Below are positions 27,459 to 36,849 of a stretch of DNA of 38,191 nucleotides, one piece after another. The DNA lies in the NCBI GenBank assembly GCA_030706565.1, contig JAUZOH010000002.1:1-38191 (forward strand), read 5' to 3'. The translations under genes and the position numbers were made by a program. The stretch comes from Bacteroidota bacterium (lineage in GTDB: Bacteria > Bacteroidota > Bacteroidia > Bacteroidales > JAUZOH01). Every line of letters starts with the position of its first letter. The stretch's first letter is position 1. The notes beneath the pieces are model-generated. The model was not told the DNA's origin, ran no database searches, and saw nothing but the letters and a program-made list of their open reading frames with translations.

Positions 27459-29408
27459 ATGATTAAGTTAACGTTTCCCGATAACTCTGTTAGAGAATAC
27501 AATGAAGGAGTTACGGGGATTGATATTGCCAAAAGTATCAGCAACAGTTTAGCCAAAGAAGTTTTGGCTGTATCCATAAATGGAGAAGTATGGGATGCCA
27601 TGAGGCCGATTAACACTGATGCTACGGTTAAATTATTCAAATGGGAAGATGACGAAGGCAAACATGCTTTCTGGCATACATCAGCTCATCTGATGGCCGA
27701 AGCTTTGGAAGCCCTTTATCCTGGTATCAAGTTCGGAATTGGACCTGCTATTGAAAACGGGTTTTATTATGATGTAGATCTGGGCGAAGGCAGAGTGATT
27801 ACAGATGCCGACCTGCCTAAGGTTGAAGAAAAGATGCGTGAGCTTGTCAAGCAGAATTGCGCACTTATCCGCAGAGATATCAGCAAAGAAGATGCATTGA
27901 AATATTTCACCAAAAAAGGTGATCCCTATAAGGTTGAACTTATCACCGACTTGCAGGATGGTACAATAACCCTATACGACCAGGGCAATTTTACAGATTT
28001 ATGCCGCGGGCCACATTTACCCTCCACCGGTGCGATTAAGGCCATCAAATTGCTGAGTATTGCCGGCGCTTATTGGAGAGGCGATGAAAAAAGAAAACAA
28101 CTTACCCGTATTTATGGCGTCACTTTCCCCAAGCAAAAGATGCTTGAAGATTACTTGAAATTGCTTGAGGAAGCAAAACTTCGCGATCACCGGAAATTGG
28201 GTAAAGAACTTGAATTATTTACTTTTTCCGAAAAAGTGGGTGCAGGTTTGCCTTTGTGGTTGCCTCGTGGAGCTAAAGTAAGGGAAATACTTGAAAACTT
28301 TTTAAGGAAGGTACAGGATCATTATGGTTACAAGCAGGTAATTACCCCACATATCGGACAGAAAGAATTGTATGTTACCTCTGGCCATTTTGCAAAATAT
28401 GGTGCAGATTCATTCCGGCCCATCACTACTCCGGTTGAAGGGGAAGTGTTTATGCTGAAACCCATGAATTGCCCCCACCATTGCGAAATTTATAAATGCA
28501 AACCCCGTTCGTACAGGGATTTGCCTGTACGTTTGGCTGAATTCGGAACGGTTTACCGTTACGAACAGAGCGGTGAGTTGCACGGATTGACCAGGGTAAG
28601 AGGCTTTACTCAGGATGATGCCCATCTTTTCTGCCGTCCTGACCAAATTAAAGAAGAAATTAATAATATCATTGATATTATTTTCCTTATTTTCAAGGCA
28701 TTGAAATTTAATGAATACATTGCTCAGATTTCGCTTCGCGATCCCAATGATAAAACTAAATATATTGGAAGTGACGAAAACTGGGAGAAAGCCGAACGGG
28801 CTATTATTGAAGCTTCTGAAGAAAAAGGATTGAAAACTACTGTGGAATTGGGTGAAGCGGCTTTTTACGGTCCTAAGCTCGACTTTATGGTGAAAGATGC
28901 AATTGGACGTAAATGGCAGTTGGGTACTATCCAGGTCGATTATAATTTGCCTGAACGTTTTGGCCTTGAATATATGGGCAATGACAACCAGAAACATCGC
29001 CCGATCATGATACACCGTGCACCATTTGGTTCGATGGAAAGGTTTATCGCTGTTTTGCTCGAGCATACCGCCGGGAAATTACCACTATGGCTGTCACCCG
29101 ATCAGGTGGTGATAATGCCTATCAGTGAAAAATTTAACGATTATGCCAAAAAAGTTTTATCTTTTCTAAAAAATTCCGATATTCGCACCTTCGTTGACGA
29201 TAGAAATGAAAAAATCGGCAAGAAGATTAGAGACAATGAATTGATGAAGATCCCTTATTTATTGGTTGTTGGAGAGAAGGAGGAAGTTTCCGGAACTGTT
29301 TCTGTGCGTAAACAGGGAGAAGGTGATCAGGGAAGCATGAAATTCGAGGATTTTGCAAACTTTATTCAATCAGAAGTAAAAAAACAATTAGAGATCATTA
29401 ATTACTAA
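27459..29408 (+). CDS. thrS: Threonine--tRNA ligase
   Basis: 649 aa. TGS domain at the N-terminus, editing-domain HTSAH, class II motifs ([35 protein letters not shown]), anticodon-binding C-terminus. Confidence 0.95.
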   Translation: MIKLTFPDNSVREYNEGVTGIDIAKSISNSLAKEVLAVSINGEVWDAMRPINTDATVKLFKWEDDEGKHAFWHTSAHLMAEALEALYPGIKFGIGPAIENGFYYDVDLGEGRVITDADLPKVEEKMRELVKQNCALIRRDISKEDALKYFTKKGDPYKVELITDLQDGTITLYDQGNFTDLCRGPHLPSTGAIKAIKLLSIAGAYWRGDEKRKQLTRIYGVTFPKQKMLEDYLKLLEEAKLRDHRKLGKELELFTFSEKVGAGLPLWLPRGAKVREILENFLRKVQDHYGYKQVITPHIGQKELYVTSGHFAKYGADSFRPITTPVEGEVFMLKPMNCPHHCEIYKCKPRSYRDLPVRLAEFGTVYRYEQSGELHGLTRVRGFTQDDAHLFCRPDQIKEEINNIIDIIFLIFKALKFNEYIAQISLRDPNDKTKYIGSDENWEKAERAIIEASEEKGLKTTVELGEAAFYGPKLDFMVKDAIGRKWQLGTIQVDYNLPERFGLEYMGNDNQKHRPIMIHRAPFGSMERFIAVLLEHTAGKLPLWLSPDQVVIMPISEKFNDYAKKVLSFLKNSDIRTFVDDRNEKIGKKIRDNELMKIPYLLVVGEKEEVSGTVSVRKQGEGDQGSMKFEDFANFIQSEVKKQLEIINY

Positions 29409-29423
29409 CTTTAAATTGTAAAA

Positions 29424-30011
29424 TTGGAGGAAAGAAAATTTAACGGCGGAAGATCACCGTTCGGTCGTAGAAGGGTGAATGAAGATCAGCCTAATTTTAA
29501 TATTAATAGTCAAATTAGGGCAAGGGAAGTTCGTTTGGTAGGGGATAATATCGTTCCCGAACCTGGTGTATTTACTTTGCAAGATGCTTTGAAGTTGGCG
29601 GATACTTTGGAGTTGGATTTGGTAGAAATATCACCCAAAGCCGAGCCTCCGGTGTGCAAAATTATTGATTATCAGAAATTTCTTTATCAGCTGAAGAAAA
29701 AGCAAAAGGAAATTAAAGCTAAAACCACGAAAGTGGTGGTAAAGGAAATTCGTTTCGGGCCGAATACCGATGAACATGATTATGATTTTAAACTGAAGCA
29801 TGCCCTGAGTTTTCTCCAGGATGGCTTTAAGGTTAAAGCTTACGTATTTTTTAAAGGCAGGACAATTTTGTACAAAGAAAAGGGTGAAATCCTTCTTTTA
29901 CGTTTTGCTCAGGATTTGCAGGAATTTGGTAAGGTTGAACAATTACCCAAACTTGAAGGAAAACGGATGTTTATGTTCATTTCACCTAAATCAGGAAAGA
30001 AGAAGAGTTAA
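29424..30011 (+). CDS. infC: Translation initiation factor IF-3, non-ATG start (TTG 29424; in-frame ATT 29415 also possible)
   Basis: [55 protein letters not shown]. There is no in-frame ATG between the upstream stop (29412) and residue ~181. Confidence 0.9.
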   Translation: MEERKFNGGRSPFGRRRVNEDQPNFNINSQIRAREVRLVGDNIVPEPGVFTLQDALKLADTLELDLVEISPKAEPPVCKIIDYQKFLYQLKKKQKEIKAKTTKVVVKEIRFGPNTDEHDYDFKLKHALSFLQDGFKVKAYVFFKGRTILYKEKGEILLLRFAQDLQEFGKVEQLPKLEGKRMFMFISPKSGKKKS

Positions 30012-30030
30012 ACTATATAAATTTTACAGA

Positions 30031-30228
30031 ATGCCAAAAATGAAGACTAATTCCGGTGCAAAGAAGAGATTTGCTTTGACTGGTACAGGTAAAATTAAAA
30101 GAAAACATGCTTTCAAAAGTCATATTCTGACTAAGAAAGAAACAAAAAGAAAAAGAAATCTGACTTATTTCAGTACGGTTGATAAAGCCGATTTGAAAAA
30201 TGTAAAGGTCATGCTTTGCATGAAGTAA
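30031..30228 (+). CDS. rpmI: 50S ribosomal protein L35
   Basis: [36 protein letters not shown]..., 65 aa. The ORF-track entry 29821..30228 is an artefactual 5' extension that overlaps infC. Confidence 0.92.
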   Translation: MPKMKTNSGAKKRFALTGTGKIKRKHAFKSHILTKKETKRKRNLTYFSTVDKADLKNVKVMLCMK

Positions 30229-30315
30229 TTAGAGATTTCATTAGTTATTAACCGAATGGGGATGCATTAAAGAGTCTGTTGGGCAGAACGCATTACATTC
30301 TAAAATTCATTTAAA

Positions 30316-30666
30316 ATGCCAAGATCAGTTAATCACGTTGCTTCCAGAGCAAGAAGAAAGAAAGTCCTGAAACAAACCAGAGGTTATTTTGGTGCCAGGA
30401 AGAATGTGTATACCATTGCAAAAAATGCTCTTGAAAGAGGTTTAAGGTTTGCTTACAGAGACAGGAAAGATAAGAAGAGTACTTTCCGTCAAATTTGGAT
30501 CGCTAGGATCAATGCTGGTGTACGGCCTTATGGTTTATCCTATTCCGTATTTATCGGAAAAATTCATAAAGCCGGTATTACCATGAATAAAAAAGTTCTT
30601 GCCGATTTGGCTATGAATAATCCTAAGGCTTTTGAAGCCATAGTCAATAAGGTAAAGACTGTTTAA
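30316..30666 (+). CDS. rplT: 50S ribosomal protein L20
   Basis: [30 protein letters not shown]...[11 protein letters not shown], 116 aa. Confidence 0.95.
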   Translation: MPRSVNHVASRARRKKVLKQTRGYFGARKNVYTIAKNALERGLRFAYRDRKDKKSTFRQIWIARINAGVRPYGLSYSVFIGKIHKAGITMNKKVLADLAMNNPKAFEAIVNKVKTV

Positions 30667-30686
30667 GTAAACTTATTTTTTATATA

Positions 30687-30714
30687 GGGGGAAGCCATAT
30701 GCTTCCCTTTTTTG
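30687..30714 (+). terminator. Intrinsic terminator after rplT
   Basis: gggaagc pairs with gcttccc around a catat loop, followed by T6. Confidence 0.8.
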
Positions 30715-30715
30715 T

Positions 30716-30723
30716 TAGTTTTG
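30716..30723 (+). promoter_or_regulatory. Candidate -7 box TAGTTTTG for dapB
   Basis: Matches TAnnTTTG, 25 nt upstream of the ATG at 30748. Confidence 0.35.
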
Positions 30724-30747
30724 ATTATTTCTTAAAATTTAATCTCT

Positions 30748-31461
30748 ATGGAAATAGCATTAATCGGTTATGGCAAAATGGGCAAGGAAATAGAAGCTGT
30801 TTGCCGGGAAAGAAACCATCATGTGGCCCTCATTATTGATGTGAACAATCCAGCTGACCTGAATGCTGAAAACCTCAAAAATGTTGATGTAGCTATAGAG
30901 TTTACCACACCCCAGACTGCATATAACAATGTTCTCAAATGCTTCAGCGCAAATGTGCCCGTGGTTTGCGGAACTACCGGCTGGCTGGATAATTTCGACC
31001 ATATTCAGCAAATTTGCAACGAGCAGAAACAGGGCTTTTTCTATTCGTCAAATTATAGCCTGGGAGTTAATCTATTCTTCAAACTCAATAGTGAATTAGC
31101 CAGGTTGATGAATGGCTTTGACAATTATGAGGTGAGTATGACAGAGACACACCATGTGACCAAGAAAGATGCTCCGAGCGGTACTGCTATTTCGTTGGCT
31201 AATGATATTATTAAAAATTTGGACCGGAAGAAAGAATGGAAACTTGATGAAAATGGCAAAGATATAATTTCCATTCATGCCTTCAGGGAAGGAACAGTAC
31301 CCGGAATTCATACCGTGAAATATGATTCTCCGGTCGATTATATTGAAATTATCCACAGCGCAAAAAGCCGCAAAGGTTTGGCCTTTGGGGCTGTGATGGC
31401 TGCTGAATTTCTCAAGGGTAAACAGGGTATTTTCGGGATGGAAGATTTGCTTCATTTCTAA
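30748..31461 (+). CDS. dapB: 4-hydroxy-tetrahydrodipicolinate reductase
   Basis: IALIGYGKMGKEI, CGTTGW, ETHHVTKKDAPSGTA. 237 aa, the short Bacteroidetes type. Confidence 0.9.
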   Translation: MEIALIGYGKMGKEIEAVCRERNHHVALIIDVNNPADLNAENLKNVDVAIEFTTPQTAYNNVLKCFSANVPVVCGTTGWLDNFDHIQQICNEQKQGFFYSSNYSLGVNLFFKLNSELARLMNGFDNYEVSMTETHHVTKKDAPSGTAISLANDIIKNLDRKKEWKLDENGKDIISIHAFREGTVPGIHTVKYDSPVDYIEIIHSAKSRKGLAFGAVMAAEFLKGKQGIFGMEDLLHF

Positions 31462-31584
31462 ATTCAAAATAACAGTTCGCAGTGATTGCAAATACTGTCT
31501 TAATAAATAAAAAAATTGGAATTGTTTCTAAATGGCTATATCAAAATAAATAGTATTTTCGTTTTTTAAACAAACTATTTTATA

Positions 31585-32973
31585 ATGAAAATAATTCAGA
31601 GCAAATATTTTAAATTTTCAGTTGCCACATTTTTATTTTTACTCTTTGTTATATGGGATAAAAATGCTTGGCTGCTTTTGGGTATCCCTGTTATTTTTGA
31701 TTTTTATGTCAGCAAAAAAGTAAACTGGACATTCTGGAAAAAACGTGGAGTTAAGAATTCTACTTTGGTTGAATGGCTTGATGCTTTGATTTTTGCGGTG
31801 ATTGTTGTGACCTTTATCAATATTTATTTTTTCCAGAATTATAAAATTCCTACCGGTTCGATGGAAAAGTCGCTACTCATTGGCGACCATCTTTATGTCA
31901 GTAAATTGACTTATGGGCCCAAAGGCATAAATACACCCTTGTCATTCCCTTTTACCCAGCACACCATGCCATTTACCACGGGTACAAAATCTTTTCTTGA
32001 CTGGATTAAATGGCCTTATAAAAGATTAGCCGGCTTCAGGCATGTTAAGAATGATGATGTGGTGGTTTTTAATTTTCCTGAAGGGGATACCGTGGTTGTT
32101 GAGATGCAGGCCCAGAGTTACTACGGAATAACCAGGGATTTTGCCAGTCAGATTCATGATTATGACCTGCAAAACGGTTCGCCTTTAAAATCAAAAGCTG
32201 AATATCTGCAGGAAGGGCGTAAATATGTTTGGGATAATTATCATATAGTGACCCGCCCGGTTGACAAACAGGATAATTATATTAAGCGTTGTGTTGCTAT
32301 TCCGGGCGATACGCTGCGCATCATTCACGGATGGGTTTATATCAACGGACATGCCCAGAAAGTTATTCCCGGCATTCAGTACCGTTACCGGATTTCGACT
32401 AATGGGGCAGGAATTAATCCTAAAATTCTTGAAAAACTTGGAATTGCCAAGGAAGATATTATGCGTGACGATGCTTCAACTTATGAAATTCCTTTGACAA
32501 GTGTTAATGCAAATAAAATCAGGCTGTTTAATGATGTAAAATCAGTAGTTCGTATGGAAAAGACTGCCGGAGAATATAATGAAGCTGTCTTTCCCCACGA
32601 TGCTCATTTCCCCTGGAATGAATATAATTTTGGCCCTTTGTGGATTCCTAAAAAAGGGGCAACGGTTAAACTTACTCTTACAAATCTTCCTCTTTATTAC
32701 AGGATAATTTGTGTATATGAGAACAATCAGCTTGAAGTAAAGGGTAATAATATTTATATAAACGGAAAGTTAGCAAAGACTTATACCTTTAAGATGGATT
32801 ATTACTGGATGATGGGTGATAACCGTGACGATTCATTGGATTCACGTTTCTGGGGTTTTGTCCCTGAAGATCATATCGTCGGTAGTCCTAAATTTATCTG
32901 GTTGTCACTTGATAAGGATAAAAGTTTCCTGGCTAAAATCAGGTGGAACCGTTTGTTCGTTGGAGTACATTAA
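31585..32973 (+). CDS. lepB: Signal peptidase I (long Bacteroidetes type), catalytically competent
   Basis: Box B IPTGSMEKSL (Ser nucleophile), box D YIKRCVAIPGD (general-base Lys), box E GDNRDDSLDSRFWGFVP. Confidence 0.92.
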   Translation: MKIIQSKYFKFSVATFLFLLFVIWDKNAWLLLGIPVIFDFYVSKKVNWTFWKKRGVKNSTLVEWLDALIFAVIVVTFINIYFFQNYKIPTGSMEKSLLIGDHLYVSKLTYGPKGINTPLSFPFTQHTMPFTTGTKSFLDWIKWPYKRLAGFRHVKNDDVVVFNFPEGDTVVVEMQAQSYYGITRDFASQIHDYDLQNGSPLKSKAEYLQEGRKYVWDNYHIVTRPVDKQDNYIKRCVAIPGDTLRIIHGWVYINGHAQKVIPGIQYRYRISTNGAGINPKILEKLGIAKEDIMRDDASTYEIPLTSVNANKIRLFNDVKSVVRMEKTAGEYNEAVFPHDAHFPWNEYNFGPLWIPKKGATVKLTLTNLPLYYRIICVYENNQLEVKGNNIYINGKLAKTYTFKMDYYWMMGDNRDDSLDSRFWGFVPEDHIVGSPKFIWLSLDKDKSFLAKIRWNRLFVGVH

Positions 32974-34043
32974 TGGGAAAACGAAAAAATAAAGGAACTT
33001 TCACAGATTGGATAAAAGCGGTAATCATCGCTTTTATCCTTTTGTTTTTTATACACCTATTCATTTTTCAATCGTTCAGTGTAGTTAATACTGAGATGGA
33101 GAAGACTGTGTTTTCAGGTGATTACGTACTGGTAAACAAACTGGCCTGGGGTATGCGTTGTCCGGTCACCTTGCTTTCCTTCCCTTTCTTTGATGATACT
33201 CTTCCTTTTATTCACCGCTGTTCATATTCGCCCTTGATACAATTGCCTCCCTGGCGCCTGCCCGGTTATTCGCACATCAGACGTAACGATTTGGTTGCTT
33301 TTAATTATCCGGAAGATACAGATCTCCCTATAGATAAGCGGAAAAAATGTATTATGCGTTGTGTCGGGCTCCCCGGTGATGAAATAAATATCAAAAATGA
33401 GCAATTATTCGTGAATGGAGAGAAACAAAATACCCCCCGCACTGTTCAGTTCAATTATTATGTAATTCCGGCTCCTGGCAGGAAAATTAAGCCTTTGTTG
33501 AATAAGTATGAAATAAAAGAAGGCAGCCGGTTGGGAAACAAGTTTCTGCTAACCATGACCCAGGCCAAAGCCCAGAGAATCAAGCGGGATTCTCTGGTGC
33601 AGTCAGTAGAACCGGTTATTAACACCCAACCGGATATTACAGTTTATCCTCAAAATGATTTTTTCACCTGGAATATAGACAACTTCGGACCGGTTATAGT
33701 ACCCAAAGCCGGTAAGAAGCTAAAACTGACAAAGAAAAATATTGAAATTTACCGCACTGTAATAGAAGTGTATGAGAAAAATACCCTCGCCATACGGGGA
33801 AATGATTTTTACATCAACAATGATAAATGTACTTCTTATAGGGTAAAAAATAATTATTATTTTGTTTTGGACGATAATCGGGGTAATGCCAAAGATTCCC
33901 GTTACTGGGGCTTTTTACCCGAAAGCCATATTATTGGGAAGCCTGTAATGGTATGGTATTCAGTATACAAGAATAAGGCGGGTTATAGCGAATACCGGTG
34001 GAAAAGGCTTTTCAGACGTTTAAATAAAATCAAAAACCAATAG
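32973..34043 (+). CDS. Signal peptidase I paralog lacking the Ser/Lys catalytic dyad (predicted pseudo-peptidase)
   Basis: Its ATG overlaps the lepB stop (TAATG). It aligns with LepB along its length, but box B reads VVNTEMEKTV and box D reads CIMRCVGLPGD. Box E (DDNRGNAKDSRYWGFLP) is retained. Confidence 0.85.
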   Translation: MGKRKNKGTFTDWIKAVIIAFILLFFIHLFIFQSFSVVNTEMEKTVFSGDYVLVNKLAWGMRCPVTLLSFPFFDDTLPFIHRCSYSPLIQLPPWRLPGYSHIRRNDLVAFNYPEDTDLPIDKRKKCIMRCVGLPGDEINIKNEQLFVNGEKQNTPRTVQFNYYVIPAPGRKIKPLLNKYEIKEGSRLGNKFLLTMTQAKAQRIKRDSLVQSVEPVINTQPDITVYPQNDFFTWNIDNFGPVIVPKAGKKLKLTKKNIEIYRTVIEVYEKNTLAIRGNDFYINNDKCTSYRVKNNYYFVLDDNRGNAKDSRYWGFLPESHIIGKPVMVWYSVYKNKAGYSEYRWKRLFRRLNKIKNQ

Positions 34044-34048
34044 TCTGA

Positions 34049-34690
34049 TCAATGCTTCTTTTTCATAAGAAAAGTTGCCTTGGATTCTTCCCCCTTCAGC
34101 AAGCGTTGTAGATTTTTTTGATGAGTCAGGAGAAGCATGATTGCTACGCACAATGAAAAAATGACCAGCGAAGTGATCGTTGTCTTGAATACAAAGATTA
34201 CCATAATAGGGAATGAAAAACCGGCAATCATAGAACTTAACGAAACATATTTCGATAAAATCAATACAAGGATAAAAATACCCGTACAAATTAAAGTTGG
34301 ATAAGTATCTATTGCCAGTACCATGCCAAATAAAGTAGCGACTCCTTTACCTCCTCTGAAACCTGCAAAAATGGGGAAAATATGTCCAATTAATGCAGCT
34401 GTACCCAATGCCAGTTGAAAATTTGTGAATGATACAGTTTCCGGGATGGAATATGTACTAAGGAATACCAGGTTAACAGCCAGCCAACCTTTAAAAACGT
34501 CAAAAATAAGGACAGGAATCCCTGCTTTCAATCCTATTACCCTGATGGTATTGGTTGCCCCTGCATTCCCACTGCCATGTTCTCGCACATCGATGCCGTA
34601 AAAATATCTGCCGACCCATACAGAAGTAGGAATAGAACCTAATAGATAAGCACCAATAACCAAAATTATATCCAAAACGTGTATCATCAT
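34049..34690 (-). CDS. plsY: Glycerol-3-phosphate acyltransferase PlsY
   Basis: 213-aa membrane protein. Motifs YLLGSIP, GSGNAGATN, GGKGVAT. Confidence 0.92.
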   Translation of the reverse strand: MMIHVLDIILVIGAYLLGSIPTSVWVGRYFYGIDVREHGSGNAGATNTIRVIGLKAGIPVLIFDVFKGWLAVNLVFLSTYSIPETVSFTNFQLALGTAALIGHIFPIFAGFRGGKGVATLFGMVLAIDTYPTLICTGIFILVLILSKYVSLSSMIAGFSFPIMVIFVFKTTITSLVIFSLCVAIMLLLTHQKNLQRLLKGEESKATFLMKKKH

Positions 34691-34700
34691 TTAAAGATTA

Positions 34701-34747
34701 AAAACCCATATATCTGAACATTAAAAGTCGTCAAATATATGGGTTTA
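34701..34747 (-). terminator. pckA terminator hairpin (12-bp stem, 21-nt loop)
   Basis: aaacccatatat (34702-34713) pairs with atatatgggttt (34735-34746). On the minus strand the stem is followed by a T-rich tract. Confidence 0.6.
34732..34739 (-). promoter_or_regulatory. Candidate -7 box (TATATTTG on minus strand) for plsY, embedded in the pckA terminator hairpin
   Basis: Matches TAnnTTTG, 42 nt upstream of the plsY ATG at 34690. Confidence 0.35.
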
Positions 34748-34804
34748 AAATTATTTGTCAAAAGGAAAATTACATTCCCCTTGATTTACTGTAAATGCAG
34801 TTTA

Positions 34805-36439
34805 TTAGAACTTAGGACCTGCAGCAGCGGCAACTCTCTGACCTTCTTCAGAATCAGTGAATGTTTCGAAGTTCTTAACGAACTTAGCAGCAAGTGCTTT
34901 AGCAGCTTCGTCATAAGCAGCTTTGTCAGCCCATGCATTACGTGGATTCAACATTTTGTTGTCTGCAACACCGTTTACAGCTTTAGGTATCTGTAAATTG
35001 AATACTGGCAGAGTTTCGAATTCGGCTTCGTCTAAGGAACCGTCAAGAATAGCGGTGATGATAGCCCTGGTTGAAGGAATATCGATTCTATGGCCAGTGC
35101 CATAAGCACCACCAATCCAGCCGGTGTTTACTAAGTAAGCATTAGCTCCGTGTTCCTGCATCTTCTTAATCAGAACTTCAGCATATTTGGTTGGGTGAAG
35201 TAATAAGAATGCCTGACCGAAACATGAAGAGAATGTAGGAGTGGGTTCAGTAATACCTCTTTCAGTACCCGCTAATTTGGCGGTAAATCCGCTTAAGAAA
35301 TGATATTCAGTCTGATCCGGAGTAAGTTTGGAAACAGGAGGTAAAACGCCAAATGCATCAGCAGTAAGGAATATAACCTTTTTGGCATGTCCTGCTTTTG
35401 AAACAGGTTTTACAATGTGCTCAATGTGGTAAATTGGGTAAGAAACACGGGTGTTTTCAGTTTTTTTGCCGTTTGCAAAATCAACTTCTCCGGTTTTTTC
35501 ATCAAATACAACATTTTCGAGCAAAGCATCACGTTTGATGGCATTGTAGATATCAGGTTCTTTAGTTTTGTCGAGGTTGATACATTTAGCATAGCAACCC
35601 CCTTCGAAATTGAAGACACCCTGATTATCCCAGCCGTGTTCATCATCACCGATAAGGAAACGTTTTGGATCAGCTGAAAGGGTGGTTTTACCGGTTCCTG
35701 AAAGTCCGAAGAAAACTGCTGAATCGCCATCTTTGCCAACATTAGCAGAACAGTGCATTGCAGCAATTCCTTTTAAGGGGAGGAAGTAGTTCATGACAGA
35801 GAACATACCTTTTTTCATTTCACCGCCATACCAGGTTCCACCGATAACGCTCATCTTCTGGCCAAGGTTGAAAGCAACAAATACGTCACTGTTCAATCCT
35901 TCTTCTTTCCATTCTGGATTTTTGGTTTTGGATGCATTCAATGAAACAAAATCAGGAACAAAACTTTCCAATTCTTCTGCGGAAGGACGGATAAACATGT
36001 TGGTTACAAAATGTGCCTGCCAAGCTACTTCCATCACAAAACGTACCTTTAAACGGGTATCCGGATTGGCTCCACAATAACAATCAACTACATATAAATC
36101 TTTTCCTGAAAGTTCTTTGATGGCTACAGCTTTTAATTTTTCCCAAACTTCGGGAGATATAGGCTTGTTGTCATTTTTACGTTTTTCGGAGGTCCACCAA
36201 ATATTCTTTTCAGAAGAAGACTCTTTTACAATGTACTTGTCTTTGGGAGAACGACCTGTGTAAATACCAGTATCAACTGCTACTGCACCTAAATTGGTTA
36301 CAAAACCTTTTTCGTAACCTTCAAGCTTAGGATCTGTCTCATGTTTAAACAATTCATCATAAGATGGATTGTGATAAACATTCTTTACATCTTTAATTCC
36401 ATAGATTGAAAGATCTAATTCAGAGTGTTTAACGCTCAT
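34805..36439 (-). CDS. pckA: Phosphoenolpyruvate carboxykinase (ATP)
   Basis: [11 protein letters not shown] kinase-1a loop, [20 protein letters not shown]. Start placed at [15 protein letters not shown]; the 17 codons upstream in the ORF track look non-coding. Confidence 0.93.
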   Translation of the reverse strand: MSVKHSELDLSIYGIKDVKNVYHNPSYDELFKHETDPKLEGYEKGFVTNLGAVAVDTGIYTGRSPKDKYIVKESSSEKNIWWTSEKRKNDNKPISPEVWEKLKAVAIKELSGKDLYVVDCYCGANPDTRLKVRFVMEVAWQAHFVTNMFIRPSAEELESFVPDFVSLNASKTKNPEWKEEGLNSDVFVAFNLGQKMSVIGGTWYGGEMKKGMFSVMNYFLPLKGIAAMHCSANVGKDGDSAVFFGLSGTGKTTLSADPKRFLIGDDEHGWDNQGVFNFEGGCYAKCINLDKTKEPDIYNAIKRDALLENVVFDEKTGEVDFANGKKTENTRVSYPIYHIEHIVKPVSKAGHAKKVIFLTADAFGVLPPVSKLTPDQTEYHFLSGFTAKLAGTERGITEPTPTFSSCFGQAFLLLHPTKYAEVLIKKMQEHGANAYLVNTGWIGGAYGTGHRIDIPSTRAIITAILDGSLDEAEFETLPVFNLQIPKAVNGVADNKMLNPRNAWADKAAYDEAAKALAAKFVKNFETFTDSEEGQRVAAAAGPKF

Positions 36440-36487
36440 AATTTTAAATGTTTTAAAGATTGAAATTGATAGTTCAAAAAAATCCTG

Positions 36488-36495
36488 CAAATATA
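36488..36495 (-). promoter_or_regulatory. Candidate -7 box (TATATTTG on minus strand) for pckA
   Basis: Matches TAnnTTTG, 49 nt upstream of the ATG at 36439. Confidence 0.4.
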
Positions 36496-36849
36496 CAATT
36501 ATTTTTTGAAGCTATCATTGTCATACTCTATTTAGTTTTTTTTATTGTTTATCATCGAAAGGGTGATCATTTTGGGAGGTGGTTTGAATATTTTATTGGA
36601 TTTTTGGAGATTGGACTAAAATATTTGCCTTTCAATCTGGACTTTATAATATTTTATGTTTTATATGTGAAATTTGTTTCCTCATTTTGAAGAATTTTAT
36701 ATTTTCCTTATCCCATTGATTTAAATTGAAATTTTGAAAGGGAAAATAATCCGGAATATTCTAACAAATATGAATAGAAGGTTTGTGTGAATTAATCATT
36801 AAATTCGAGTAATTTTATAGTTTTTAAGGAATTAACATAATTAATTTCA

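Noticed and set aside
27395-27661. 88-aa minus-strand ORF spanning the thrS start
   Set aside because: It overlaps the thrS TGS-domain coding region and the thrS promoter, and it has no motifs.
28410-29066. 218-aa antisense ORF inside thrS. Similar long antisense ORFs: 23170-23676 in rpsA, 15555-16157 in the phosphoglucomutase gene, 7247-7690 in the response regulator, 9441-9887 in E2, 20967-21793 in ugd
   Set aside because: Each lies entirely within a gene that has strong family motifs on the opposite strand. Their translations are low-complexity with no recognisable motifs, as expected for shadow ORFs opposite real coding frames.
29821-30030. 5' part of the 135-aa ORF 29821-30228
   Set aside because: It overlaps the end of infC in another frame. 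Only the last 65 codons (from ATG 30031) match ribosomal protein L35.
30229-30315. Possible L20-binding regulatory structure in the rpmI-rplT spacer
   Set aside because: Only short 4-bp complementarities (atgc/gcat) are present. Known L20 operators lie upstream of rpmI or infC, not here.
34041-34051. Convergent lepB paralog and plsY stops only 5 nt apart, with no terminator between them
   Set aside because: Noted as tight packing only. It has no distinctive sequence feature beyond the short spacing.
34739-34996. 85-aa plus-strand ORF overlapping the 3' end of pckA
   Set aside because: It is antisense to the well-conserved PckA C-terminus and begins inside the terminator hairpin.
36440-36490. 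17-codon N-terminal extension of pckA given by the ORF track ([17 protein letters not shown])
   Set aside because: PckA homologs begin close to the ...LDLS.YGI... segment. The candidate -7 box at 36488-36495 would fall inside the extension, so the ATG at 36439 is preferred.
36460-36690. 76-aa hydrophobic ORF in the pckA/GH28 divergent intergenic region
   Set aside because: Its Phe/Ile/Leu/Tyr/Lys-rich translation is what AT-rich non-coding DNA yields. It overlaps the pckA promoter region and has no recognisable signal or family features.
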